Source: Paramecium tetraurelia (Eukaryota). From it: a stretch of 64,000 nucleotides of DNA. Below are positions 13,963 to 27,612 of this stretch, one piece after another. Positions within the stretch are counted from its first letter, which is position 1, and each line of letters begins with the position of its first letter. A program made the translations under genes and the position numbers. The DNA lies in the NCBI GenBank assembly GCA_000165425.1, contig CT868653.1:124001-188000 (forward strand), written 5' to 3'. Below the pieces are notes generated by a model. That model did not search any database. It was given only the letters and a program-made list of their open reading frames with translations, and was not told where the DNA came from.

Positions 13963-15373
13963 TCAATTATTTCTTCTAACTATTCTAATTTGATTTGAAA
14001 CTGGTATTTTAATATGCTATTATTTTTACTATTTCAAATTGTCAATTTTTAAATCAAATCTACAGAAAGGACAAAATTGATTTTTCTGAAGCCATTTTTC
14101 AATGCATTTGGAATGAAATATGTGCCTATGAATATATAACCCATTATTACTTGCATGGAGTAGTTTTAATTGGTTGCTAATTTGAAAGAGGATCCAAGCA
14201 AATTGCACAATTATCTTAGAGATCTTTGCATTATATTTAATTATTTGTAGTAACGAATTCATCGTCCTCTTTCTTACTCAACGAACGCCCATAGGTGAAT
14301 TGCTTTTCTCTCATTTCATAATCTTCAGGTGATTATTTATCCATTGATCTCCGCAACTTCGCTCTTCTAATTAAAAAGAAACAAAAGCAAAGTAACAAAG
14401 CCCCAGCCACACTACAAACAATTATTATAATTAGTTTCATCTAATCCCCCTTGTTATCGTCTGAAATCAAATCCAAACTAATATTAAATTGGCCACCTCT
14501 TAGTAATATTATCAACCTGTCAGGAATATAGGAATTTTCATCTTCAAAGTAGCTCTGTTTTCTCTGATCTATTTATATAACATAAGGAACGCCCTTTGTG
14601 ATGATAGCAGCATCATTAAAGAAATCAGTGGTAGGTAAATACACTAAAGAGGGGATAAGTAAATAGACTTGCGTTTCATTCTCATCATCTTTGGTCTTAA
14701 ATAAATATTAAAAATTACTGAGATTTCAAGTCTCAAATCTGAAGTGCCATTGTATTCATAATAACAATAAAAGTTGGGATCATGAGAACCATTTATCTTT
14801 ATGGCTTTGTCCTGCTCCAATTATAGGGCTCTTTATGAACAGTCCCTGCCTATGAAACCTTACTCGCATCGGCATTCTCCATTGACACATTTTCCATTCT
14901 TCTGGCAATCTCCTTGACATAGCATCGTTTGTGATCCTCTTAAATAAATATCAAAGGAAACTGGAATATTGGTCAATACAGTAAAATATACTTTATCTTA
15001 TGAGCTGGGTATTAAGATAAAATGGTTACTCTTTTATTACACATAACTATCAATATTTTGAGATTAGCCCATACCTATCATAGTCCATTCCATCATATTT
15101 AAAGTCCTTTTTATTATCTAAAAATGGTGCTTGTCCTTTTAAAAAAAGTAAAGCAATTTGGGCTGCTTCGATTGATATTTAATTTAGTTCGATTGAACAA
15201 TACTGCGCATATAAATTATAGCAATTAACAATAAAAGTTGTATTCGAGGATATTGTATTTACAATTCTTTTTTTGGAATATAAGGAATCTTTGGAAATAG
15301 AAATTTCAAAATCGACGCTCAATGCTTTGAGAAAATTGAGAAGCAACAATCCGATCGTGATAGTATTAAACAT
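13963..15373 (-). CDS. Type I membrane RING-H2 E3 ligase-like protein with EGF-like ectodomain
   Basis: Signal peptide MFNTITIGLLLLNFLKALS; EGF-like CQGDCQKNGKCVNGECRCEQGFIGRDC; TM LIIIVCSVAGALLLCFCFFLI; RING-H2 CAICLD...PC/KHIFHSKCIEKWL...CPFCR. Confidence 0.85.
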
Positions 15374-16255
15374 AGTAAATTAATTAAATAAGAATATATT
15401 GGATGGAAAACTAATTAAGTACATTTACAAATTCAATACATTTTATAATATCATATAGAATACTCCATAATTCCAATTAATTAGTGAACAAGATCATTTT
15501 CATTAAGTGTAATTATTTTGAACCCAATTTTTAGTGAATTGAAATTAAACTTTATTATATGGCTATTTTGAGAATTCATTAATTTAAATAATTGTATTTT
15601 TCACCTTATAACTGATGGTATTTTATTGTTTTAATAATTATGATAAATAACATATCTGGTATGGATTAATTTCTGATATGTTAGAACTCTTAATAAAAAG
15701 ATCGAATAATTTAAATCAAAAAAGGATGTGTTGAATGAAATTTATTGTAAAATATTAAACTAAATTTTGAATGTTATAAATTTAAGTGAGGATAGTTAAT
15801 ATTATTATAATTCTTAAGTTTATTACTCCTTTCAAATTAATAAGTAATAATTGCAATTAATTAAGCTACTAATCCAGTAATCAGAGATGAATTACTAATA
15901 TGTTTCTACATAATTTTGATATGCTAAATCAAAAATTAATAAATATTAATTGGATAATTTTTGATTAAATTGATAGATCAGAATAGAGAGAGAAGTGTGT
16001 TGTACTTATAATTGATACATTCACAAAGCTCACTTAATATCCAAGAATTATATAATAAGAGCACAAATTCAGTTTCTTTAAACTTTTGTAATAATGTGAG
16101 GGAGTCATCAAAAAATTCAGATTAAGAAGAGTGAAATTGAAACTAGGATTAGCGTTTAAAGAATGAAATCTTTGATTCATTCTAATTATAAAAATCGTGT
16201 AGAATTATCAATAACAGTTAATAAACAATTTATAAAAATATATATTCAAGAAATA

Positions 16256-18969
16256 ATGATGATAAAAGAAAAATAAAAAATTAGGAATCAATTTCATTGC
16301 TATACTAAAGATTACTCAATTACTTTATTCTTTCTCTTCCAATTAATAATTAATATACTTGCAGTTACTTATGATGCAAGAAGACAACTATATTCGGTAG
16401 TCATTTGTTCGATTAATGGATTTCTTGCTTTGTAATAATTAATTCTGCCAAAAGAAAAGGCTATCCTCTATTAATAAATTTGCATATTAGTGAGTAAAGT
16501 AGCGACAATTGTGCTAATAATTATTGTCGGCCCTGATTTATCTATTTTAATAATAGCCTTATTCGAGCGTTTAGATTTAATAACATCTGGGAAAGGTACA
16601 TTTAAATAATTTGATCACATCCTCTTGCGATTTATAACCCTGATCATAATGATATTTAATTTTAATTTGTTTTTAACAATAACACTTTCGTACTCCATTT
16701 TGATTGAAATAAATAAACTCATATTAGAAAGATCGACTTAAAATAAATAAATACATTACAACACTACCAGTAGTTATCAAAATACAATTAAAGCGTCAGA
16801 CTAAGAATGGAATTATCGTTTAAATTTGATTCCCCAATGCTTTATGGTGATAAATTTGCCGAGTCTTAAGGTTACTTATAAAAATAACTATCTTTACACT
16901 TATTTTAAACAATGCTACGAAAATGATGACTAGTTAGATGAGTTGATATTGCACAAATTGCAATTCAGTGTAATATAGGATAAGATTGATAAAATCAAGC
17001 AATTTTTCGATAAACCCAAAATCAACTAGAGATAGGTGAAGAAACAATAATTATGGCAATATAAAAGTGATTCAATTTCTCTTTAATAATAATCGCCATA
17101 ATAAAAATAAGAATAATCAAAGGGTGGCGACTCTTTGGAATTCCTAACCACTTCTCAGTATTCCATCTTTGATATTTTAACAAATCTCAAACAAAACAAT
17201 GTTTCTGATTAATAACAACTTAATAGTCACGTTGAGATCTACTCGGATCAAAGTTGGCAATCAATTACTATAAATTATAATTATTCTTTTTCGCCAAAAA
17301 AACTATAATTATCAGGTTAAATCATATTCTCTGAGCAAGAAGGAGAAGTGTTACTAACTCTGACCGATATTTCAAAATAAAATGAACTGTAAGAATTGAT
17401 TTCTAATTCTGAGTTTAAATCTAAGGTATTTATATTTAAATATATCAATCAAGATCATAGAGTCTTTTTCACACGAATTAAGAACTCCATTGAATAGTGC
17501 TCTCAATTTTCTAGTGTCTTGCCATTACGATAAAGATGTCTAGGAGTCGGTTAAAGAAGATTATTTATAACCAGCAATCAACTCCTTAAAATTGCAATCC
17601 TACATTATTAGTGACATAATAGATTTATCATAAATTTCAACCAATAATTTTATACAATCTGTAAGCGAATTTTCTATTAGACGATTACTTAACGAGATAA
17701 TCTTTTTATTTAAAACCTAATTTGAAATGAAAAGAATAGAACTAAAGATAAACTTGCTTGAATGTACCACTTCCAAATTTACATCTGACTACTTAAGGCT
17801 CATTTAAATCATCGTTAATCTATTACAGAATTCCTTAAAATTTTCATCGGAAGGAGTTGTCGTATTGCAATTGTCAACCACTTAAAATTAAGGCTTAAGA
17901 GTCTGTGTCTCTGATCAAGGCATAGGCATAGACAACGATCATCTTAATTAATTACAATTACTTTTATAAAATATTGAGCAGTACAAAGATATTTAATTAA
18001 ATAAGACATGGTAAGGATTTGGTTTACTAATTTCTGCCATACTAGTTAACTAATTAGCACCAAAGGAGAATAAATTTTTATAGATTCATTCCTCTGGCCA
18101 ATATTAAGGATCACAAGTCTGGTTTTACGTTGAAAATTAACACAGAATTGAGAGACCTAGATAAAACACCTTGAGATAGAGTTCCTCTAGATTCTAGAGT
18201 TCTCATGATGAGTAGATCTTTAATCTAGAAATTAATTGTGCAATATTTTAGGCAACAGATTTCAGCAACATAGCTTTATCGAAGTAATCTAATTAATATG
18301 GTAAGAGAAAAGAATTTGTTAAAAATGATTTCAACTGCACTGACAGTTAATCATTTGAATCTTTATAATTCAAATATGGGTAACTGTCACCTCTCTCACC
18401 TTCATTGATCACAGACAAATTATTTAAGTATTCAAAGTAAGATGATTTCTAAAATAATCATTAAGTCATAAATCTAAAAACCATATTTCAAGCTGAAATC
18501 AAAGAGGATTAATAGTTTTTGAAAACCTTTCAAAAAAAGAAGAGATGTTCTTGTCAAAATCTGTTGTCTGTTGATGATGAAATATTTAATTAGAAATCAA
18601 TTTAAATTTTGTTAGCCAAACTGGGGTTCGATGTGATACTTGTATTTATTTATAATAAATAAATTAAAGGCATTTAATGGAGCTGAGGCCATTAGAATTG
18701 TGGAGGATGCCATTCCGTGCAGTCCAAAATGCTAATTATTCACCATAATATTGATGGACTACCAGATGCCGATTATGGATGGATGTACAGCTACTACCAG
18801 ATTAATAGAGATGATGCATAAGAAATAAATCCCAAAAATTCATATCATCGGATTAACTGCTTTTACTAATGCAACTGACATTTCAAATTGTATTAAGGCT
18901 GGCATGAGTGATGTGTTATCAAAACCTTTGAATTTGAAAGAGCTGAAGGAAATTTTGACTCTGATTTGA
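16256..18969 (+). CDS. Hybrid sensor histidine kinase (TM region, HisKA, HATPase, receiver)
   Basis: H-box SFSHELRTPLNS, N-box QIIVNLLQNSLKFS, G1 SDQGIGI, G2 GFGLLIS; receiver LSVDDEIFNQ...ILMDYQMPIMDG...IIGLTAF...LSKP. Confidence 0.92.
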
Positions 18970-19185
18970 ATTGTTTTAGATAATAAATTTTTAATAGTGA
19001 AAATTTAATGTTATGACTCCTCCAAAGTAAAAATTTGATGCGCTTAAAATTAATGTTATCTTAACCGTCATTTCTCTTGGAATAATTTTGACCCATGAAG
19101 ATCAAAATATCCATTCTTCTTATCTACTACAATGTTAATTTCTTCCAGGTTAGAATAATTAATAAAAATAGATAAAAAAACTATA

Positions 19186-21960
19186 ATGTTACAAATTTCT
19201 TTGGATTCGCCCTGTAAAAAGGCTTAAGAAAGTCTGCTTATTAATACTAGAGGAGTTGTATCAAAATAAAATATCATATAAATTTTGGTATTTTACATTT
19301 TGCTTTCGCTTATTGACCTTGCTTTATTGATTCAGTATCCTCACAATTCATAATACATCATCCCTAAACTCTCTATTAGTATCTTGATGGCTATCATAAT
19401 AACTTTATTTTAGAAAAAACTTACTCATATGATTATCAATATTTTTTTGGTTGTGGTAAAATTAAATTCAATCCTTTTTCTTTTATTGATTGGATAAGAT
19501 TATATATTAATAGTAGCATTAATTTGCGAACACAATAATTACCCAGCAAATTTTGAACACTTAGAATATTCTGTTCAAAAAATCATATTAAAAATCGTCT
19601 GTTTAGTGATTATGATCATTAAATTTAAAATTATGGATATTTTTATGATTGGAAGTGTTTTGTTGTTGGAAATATACTAAATAGGTTTACTTTTAAAATA
19701 ATCAAAAAATTAAAATATTGGAGAATTATTTAGCTCTTTTTAAAATAAAATTAATAGAGAAACCTTCACAATATATTCTAAAGAGAACACTTGGATAAGT
19801 AGAATATCGACTCTCCCTATATGTTTCATAATGATTTCCAAAAAAGATATGAAATTGACCTATAAAAATCATAATGTCTACACCCATTTTTCTTCAATCT
19901 GTAAAACTGAGGAAGAATACGATAAATTAATTCTAAATTAATTGGAATTTTCTATTATTTCGGGTAATTATACTTTTACTATTTAGAATGCTATGAAGAT
20001 TAAAAGAACATCGCCACGGATCAACATATAAAGAAGAATAGACTGAGGAATAATTTGTCATCCAAAAAACGTAATTAAGAAAACAAGGATTTTTCAGAAT
20101 AAGAAAGCATCAATCCATAATTCAAGGAAACAAATAAATTACTTGAAATTTTAGAAAACTATAAGGAGGGCAAATTATGGGATACCATGAATTCGATTAA
20201 TAATTCTTTAGAACTATTCTGTTAACATTTTTGGGAAGATAATAAATGCTCAACTTATAGTGGGTAGATTATAATCAATCAAGATGATGATGAAATTATT
20301 TTAACATTGATTGACATATCTAAACAAAACAAGTATTATGATGAGATGATCAAAGACTAATTTAAGACTTCAGTAAAATATTTATTAATTTTAAAAGATT
20401 GCCCAATCCTTCTCACATGAATTAAGAACTCCTTTGAATAGTTCATGTAACTTCTTATAATACTGTTTAAACCATAAAAGTGTTGAGGAAGAGATTAAAA
20501 ACAACTTCATCCAACCTGCCATCAATGCTTTAAGATTTTAATCCTATTTGATCAATGATATTATTGATTTTAGCTCATTATGTGCTGATAATTTGGAATT
20601 GGATATTAAAGATTTTCTCATTAAGGATTTAGTTGATGAAGTCAATAAATTGTTTAAATCTGTTATAGAAATGAAGAATCTAATATTGTATGTTGATTTA
20701 TTGGAAAATTAATTAAATAGTCTTTGCACAGACTTTTCTAGATTAGTCTAAATTATTGTAAATATCCTCTAGAATTCTATTAAATATTCAAATTCTGGAT
20801 ATATCCTTATGAAGTTGACTTCTTTTTCTTAAAATTACTTAAAGATTACTATTAAAGATGAAGGATTTGGAATAGAAGAAGATAGATTAATCAAACTGCA
20901 TTAAATGCTTTTGGATGTCGAATAAAAATAAAACTTTTCTTAATATAAATCTTGGCATGGATTTGGTCTGCTGATCTCCTCTATGTTATTATCGAAACTA
21001 TGTCCTGCGGATTACAAATCCTTATTAATTCGATCTGGGGGAAAAGGGCAAGGAACTAAAGTGACTTTCTACATATAGAATCATAAATTAAGTCATTCCT
21101 CTTCTAGTCTCCATTAAAAGGATAAACCAATAAGATTTAACAGCAAACTCAGATAAAGCAATCCGTCAGGATCAAATCATCATCTGTCTCTAAATGGAAC
21201 ACTTATCTAAATCAGTGACTTATTTGTCTCTAATAGAAAGGTTAATATCAATACTCAATTTGTAAAAAAAGTAACTCTTAAATCTGTTAAATCTAATGAA
21301 AATTCAATTTTCTCTGATAGTATAATAAACTTAGATTAAGATTTACAAATATCAGAACTGCATCACTTACAACCTTTTTTATTTACAGAAAATGCTAAAT
21401 AGAAATCTAAATTAAGTAAATAAGACTAATCTCCCAAAAGTAATCATCAATAAACTAAAATTGTAAGTTATAAATAATTAAAGCTTTAAGAAGATTAAGA
21501 TAGCGAGCAATATCTAAAAACAATCATGAGGAAGAAGAAATGTACTTGTAAAAGAATATTGTCAGTAGATGATGAAATTTTTAATTAAAAATCTATTCAA
21601 TTTTTATTAACTCAATAAGGATTTGAAGTCTCTTTGGTATTATTATGAATTATATCGAAGGCATTCAATGGCTAAGAAGCAATTCAAATAGTTTAAGATA
21701 CTCAGAAATGTAATGTTAACTGCAGTTTATTTTTATTAATTTTGATGGATTATCAGATGCCAATAATGAATGGATTGTAGGCCACTAAGCAATTGAGATA
21801 TATGATGGATTAGCATTAAATACCATAGATTCATATCATAGGATTAACAGCATTTAATAGTAAGAATGATATTCTCATGTGTTTAAATTCTGGCATGAGC
21901 GATGTATTAACAAAGCCATTGATTATAAAAGACCTTTTTGAGATATTGCAACTCATTTGA
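19186..21960 (+). CDS. Hybrid sensor histidine kinase (tandem paralog)
   Basis: SFSHELRTPLNS, QIIVNILQNSIKYS, KDEGFGI, GFGLLISS; receiver LSVDDEIFNQ...ILMDYQMPIMNG...LTKP; hydrophobic N-terminal region. Confidence 0.92.
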
Positions 21961-22045
21961 TCTTCATCGATATTATATGCATATTATTATACTAAACTAT
22001 GAATATTGGTAAATTCAAATTAAAAAATTTTAATTATTTCTGAAT

Positions 22046-23371
22046 ATGAATTCAAATCAAGAATTGGTTCAAATGTTGAAAGATCTTCAAATATATAATT
22101 CCATTGATAACAATTTTAGTCCTGATCATAGCTAATTAGTGATGGTCTATGAAAAAGTAATTGGATTTATTCTAAAGTTAGTTTTGCGATTTAATAAATT
22201 TCGATGATAGTTTTACTTTAGAAAACTCAACATTGCAATTATTTTATAGATGCAAATTAATGTGTAAAACAGTGGGAGTAGCTGATTTTTAGATGATGGA
22301 TTTGACAGATCCTGATCAAAAAAGAATGAAACACATTATTACACAATTATGTAAGTATTGCATATGGAAGAAAGATTAAAGTTAGAAATGGGAAAAGAGA
22401 GACAAAGAAATAGTAAGACATTTAATAATCTTAGGTATAATTAGAGGATGTTGATTTATAATAAACTCGAAAATAAAAAAGCGAACTTGAAGATTTGATA
22501 TAAATGAAATACAAAGACATGGATTTGAAAAAGAAAAAGTTTGAGTAATATAAGCAAATGAAACATAAATGTGAATCAGATTTATTAGCTAAAAGAAACC
22601 AAAATTTAAAATTATAAAATTCTATTTCATAAAATTAAAATGAATTAAAGGATGCAGAAAAGAAGTTTAAGAATTTGATTGAGAAACTGTAAGTAGCTTA
22701 GAATGAATTATCAATATTGGAGAGGTAAATTATTGATTAATATTTTAAGTATGGTAGTGAAGGATCCAAAAACTTTAGAAAAGAAAGTAAATGATAGTTA
22801 AAGAAGAGTTGAAAGTCTTTAGATCGAGGTAGATAAGTGTTAGAGGGAATTATCAATTGAAACATTCAAAATTGGGAAGATTTATAAATAATTACATTAT
22901 GATTACGATATATTTTTGAGATTGCTTGAATAAATAAAGGAATCGGAAAATGCATTAAATTAAGAAGATAAAAACTTTGAAAAATCCAATGATTAAATAT
23001 TTACAGCATCTAACAAAATACTCCAAGAGAACTTGGCCTTACAAAAGTTGTAACAAAATAAGGAACAACTTCAATAATAGAAGGTGGCAGAATCTGAGAA
23101 AAATAATTCATCAAATCAATATAGTTTACAATCATTAATAGATTTACAAAATAAACTGTCGGAATTGTAAATAGAGGTGAAAAGAGAATAGTAAGAATAT
23201 TTGTCCATACAACTAATGAAATAAGAGTAATAGAAGGTTACGTCTGAAAATGAAGAAATCAAGGCAGCTATTGAAGCAAATCTCAAATAAGTAGTGACTC
23301 AATAAAATAAGGAAATTGAATAATATACAAAAAACATTGAAATCTTACTAAATAAAATAGAATTTGAATGA
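22046..23371 (+). CDS. NUF2: Nuf2-like kinetochore protein (CH domain + coiled coil)
   Basis: With a 25-nt intron, the N-terminus reads ...MCKTVGVADFQMMDLTDPDQKRMKHIITQLCKY, matching the Nuf2 DF...DL..P...R pattern, followed by a long coiled coil. Confidence 0.6.
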
Positions 23372-23459
23372 GTATTAACATATAATTAATTACTATTATT
23401 AGTAAAAAAGTGTAGAAAATAAAAGAATTTTAAAATAATTTGTTATTTATAAAATGCTA

Positions 23460-25397
23460 TCAATTCTAATTGAGGAAGCATTATGATTGGAAACCATACA
23501 AGGTATAATTTTACACCAAATCATGGAATCCCCAATTGTTCTTATAAAGTGTGATCCAATCACCCATCAAACCAACAATTGGCACTTGATAACAGACTTT
23601 CACAACTCCTAAATGTCTCTTGCATTTCTTCTTAGAAGACAACTCACTATGTTGAACTTAGGCAATTGCATATGCTCTAAACTCTTCCATATCTAAATTA
23701 AGATTCAATGTGTATGAATTAGAATTGATAGAATGAAGTTTAGGATTGTATCCAAAGGCAATGCTGCTTGTTAGATTACCAGTGAAGATATCAGCAAGGA
23801 CAGCAGCTCTAGCTTGAACGACATTAGGTACAAGTGAATCTCCATATACAGTCAAATAGGCAGCACCAATGAAGGTGTCAGCGAATCCGGCTATTGAAGA
23901 AGTCTAAGTGACGTTTTATTTGATAATGAATCCATAGCTAAAATCAGCCCCAACATTTACAACAAACCCTTGAACTACTAAGGCAGTTTAGAGTAGTGTA
24001 ATATTCTGAATTCCATTTATATCAAGATTTTTTAAAGGTTGACCAGTATAAGAAAGTGAGGTATCAACTAAATCTAAAGCACAAAAGCCTTCAAGGGCCA
24101 AGCAGAATTTCAATGTGACTTAAGCATTGCCATTACCTGCAGTGCCTTTAAAAGAAACATCCAATGATAAATCGGTTCCTTTAACTTTAAATGTTACAAT
24201 AGTGGATGAATAGTCTATTAATCCATTGGAAGGACAATGTATTGATTAATTTTAAAATAGTTATGATTAGGATAATAATCTATTATGAAAAGCCTTCTTC
24301 TTTAATTCTTAAATATTCAATTGTTTTTTTTCATATTACTTAAGCAATCTATCTTAAATAGTAACAGCAGTATAAGACGTTAAATCTTAATTATTATTGA
24401 TCTATTTAAGTAGATTAGTGAAGTAGGCATCCTAATAGCTCTAAGCTCTCTGAAGTGTTGAATTATCAGTAACAGAAGTTTTGATTTAGTATTGTTTATC
24501 TGAATTATTAAGTTAGACTGAGTTATCTATTTCAATATTTACAGAAATCTATGATTCAACAATTTCATTATTTCTGTTTAACTTGGTTGTCTATTTTTAA
24601 TTGAATTGATCTCCAACCAAGAAATCTTTGTCAAGACTGTCTTATTCTGTAACTTCTTTGGTGATTGTTGAATATCCAAACCAACTCTATTCAACTTCCC
24701 TTTCTGACATAAATTAATATTTTCCGATTTAAACTGGGTTCTTAATTCCATCTTCAGTTCTCTCTGTTGATTCAACATTTGGGCCTAAGTGTTGGATACT
24801 TGAAATCAAGGTTTAAAGTAAAAGACCATCCAAACCATTTGGAACTTGAATTCTCAAAACTTATCCATTGAGTTTGTCTAAGGTATATGTAACCATGGGA
24901 ATCTCGTTGTAGGATCCACAGTCTTGATTGTTGCAAGGTTCAGTTATCTTTTCCAGGATTCTGAGGGCATTGTTGAGTTTTCCAGTTATGTTTACATTAT
25001 TTTCATATAAATTTGAAAAAATGACAGTACCATTTGAATAATTCTGTTAGGATGAAACTTGTAGTCCATCAAGCATAAGGATGTGTGTGGAATTGTTGTC
25101 ATTTTCATCTATTGTAACTTATGTGGTATTGGCTTCAATCAGTGTACAATTTGTAGATTATGTAGAAACTTAATAAACACATAATTAATCTTAAGCATAA
25201 TAAGAATTTCTTTGGTTTAATGAGTAACTTGGAACATAATTGCTCTTTGGAGTGAAGAGTATTAATAGACTCATGCAAATTGCCAGAACAAGTGCAAAAA
25301 TGACTGCCTTTCTGAGTCTGTCTTATCTCTTTAGCTGGGTATCCTTTGACAGGAGAGTATCAGGATTGGCAATGTTAAATGAACTTTGAGTTTGCAT
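23460..25397 (-). CDS. Hypothetical type II membrane/secreted protein (~645 aa, apparently intronless)
   Basis: 1938 nt in frame; single N-terminal hydrophobic stretch AVIFALVLAICMSLLILF; N-glycosylation sequons; beta-strand-like C-terminal half. Confidence 0.75.
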
Positions 25398-26346
25398 ATT
25401 AAATAATAAATCTTTTTTCATTTTTCAATTAACTTAAATAACGAAGAAGACGGGGTGTATCTTGGTTAATGTAATATAATAAATAATTGTTAAAGCATTA
25501 TGAGCAAACAATAATGCATAATTGAAATAATAGAAATGTTTATGACATTTATATACCCTTCCTTTGATGAACTTAACTAATGAATATATGTTATCCATTT
25601 GTGATGATGTCATGATGTCATTTAACGTAAATTAATTTTATAATTCTAATGTTCCTACATCTTTTCATCCCCTTCCAAATTATCTGTCACTCCTTAAAAC
25701 CGATTCCAGTCCTCCTTCTTGAGAGTCTAGCCCATATATGAAGTTGGAAATTCATAATCACTACTCCCTGACCAATGTATCAGAATTACTCAAAATGGCC
25801 ATAGATTTAATATCTATCTCCTACTTACTAGATGAATGTATTTCTTCTCTGTAACAAGCAGGAATGATCATTCTTATAACTTATTACTATTTCTCAGCAG
25901 AAATTAAATATGTGAAAAAACTTTATTAGAAATAGAAAAATATGATATTGGCAGAGACATTGCAAATGAGGGTGCATTTGACATATTTAGTTATTTCAAC
26001 ATATTTTATGATTATTGTGAGTATTTCAAACTATAAAATTAGAAATTCAATGAGAGTATAAATTTTATAACATAATTGAAGTTAATTATTATAAGGCAAA
26101 GCTTAAGAAAATTATTTTTATTATTAAAGATTGCATATTAATAAATTTAAATTAATATTTGAGGTTTATTATGGTATTAAGGAGTTTGTATTTGGAATGG
26201 GGAGGTGACAGTATGAGTAAATAGAAGATTCTTTAGTACCAAAATTTCTAGTTTAAGTATTTTAAAATGTAGGCCAGTTTAATTAAAATTAGTGAAAGTA
26301 TGAATGTTATTGATAATATAAACAAAATATTATTTTAAATTTCTCG

Positions 26347-27541
26347 ATGGGGAATTGTTTTTAACAAGAGGAAGAGAAGAATTAGAAGTCTTCAATAAAG
26401 AAGGTGGATAGTTTTCTTGCTAAGCAGATTGAGAAAAAGAATGAGAAGCAAAAGGTGACTTTGAAGGATTTTTTAAGTCAAGGCGAAATCGGACGAGTAA
26501 TTATTGTGATTGAATATGCTAGGGTAAATTCGGGAAGGTTTTAAGGGTGAAAATGAAGGGGAAGGATAATCGGGAATATGCAATGAAAGTTATTAAAAAA
26601 GCTGATATCTTGCAATATGGACTTGTAGAACACACAATGTTAGAAAAGAATGTCTTGGGAGCAAGCAGAAACCCGTTTGTTGTCAAATTGAAATACTCGT
26701 TTTAAACAGAGCAAAAACTTTATTTGGTGATGGAGTAAAATATATTTAAATGAAGTTAAGATTCATAAAGGGTGGTTAATTAGCCAAAGTATTAAGAAAA
26801 CGATAATCAGGTAGATTCACAGAAGAATAAACCAGATTTTGTGCTGCCGAAATAATATTAGGTTTGCAATACATGCATAATACACTTAGAGTAATCTATA
26901 GAGATTTGAAACCAGAAAATGTGATGGTCACTGAAGAAGGACATTTGAAATTGACTGATTTTGGTCTATCCAAACAATATGAAACCGAAGAAGCAAAATT
27001 TTTTACTGTATTAAATAATAATACTCAAATATAGCTTGCAGGAACACCGGAATACTTGGCTCCAGAAATATTGGTTAATTAGGGTCATAATCATATGGTT
27101 GATTTCTGGTGTCTAGGAGTTCTAATTTATGAGATGTTGGTGGGTGAGACTCCATTTTATGATTGCTAAAGAAATCATAATACTATAGAACACAATATTA
27201 AGAATGCATAGATTAAATATCCTAATTTCTTGAGTGAGCAATCGAAGAGCATTGTGGATCGATTATTGAATAAGGATCCAAAATAAAGATTGGGGGCCAA
27301 ATCTATTTAAGAGATAAAGGATCACCATTTCTTCGATGATATCAATTGGGAATAACTCTATAATTTGGAAATCCCTTCTCCAATTTTAGAAAATACTTAA
27401 GTTTATGTAAGAGTCAAGAATGATAATTTCTAGCCCCAGTTTAAAAAGGACTAGTTTGGTAAAAGAATCTATGAAACACCATCATCGCATTTTATCGAAA
27501 CTAATGGGGATTTCAAAGGCTTCTCTGCAGTTTAAGAATGA
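26347..27541 (+). CDS. AGC-family Ser/Thr kinase (S6K/SGK/PKB-like), N-myristoylation motif
   Basis: MGNC start; [47 protein letters not shown]-tail FKGFS; three short introns. Confidence 0.93.
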
Positions 27542-27612
27542 TTATATAAAATGGTATTTTCAATATCAATTTAAGTATAAGTTATTGTATATCTTTATTA
27601 ACAATATAACTT

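Noticed and set aside
20041..20050. Apparent in-frame TGA in the second histidine kinase (readthrough or Sec?)
   Set aside because: A 23-nt intron at 19964-19986 shifts the frame, so the TGA is not in frame.
16256..21960. Bacterial contamination or recent horizontal transfer of two-component genes
   Set aside because: Both genes use TAA/TAG as Gln, contain tiny spliceosomal introns and match the flanking base composition.
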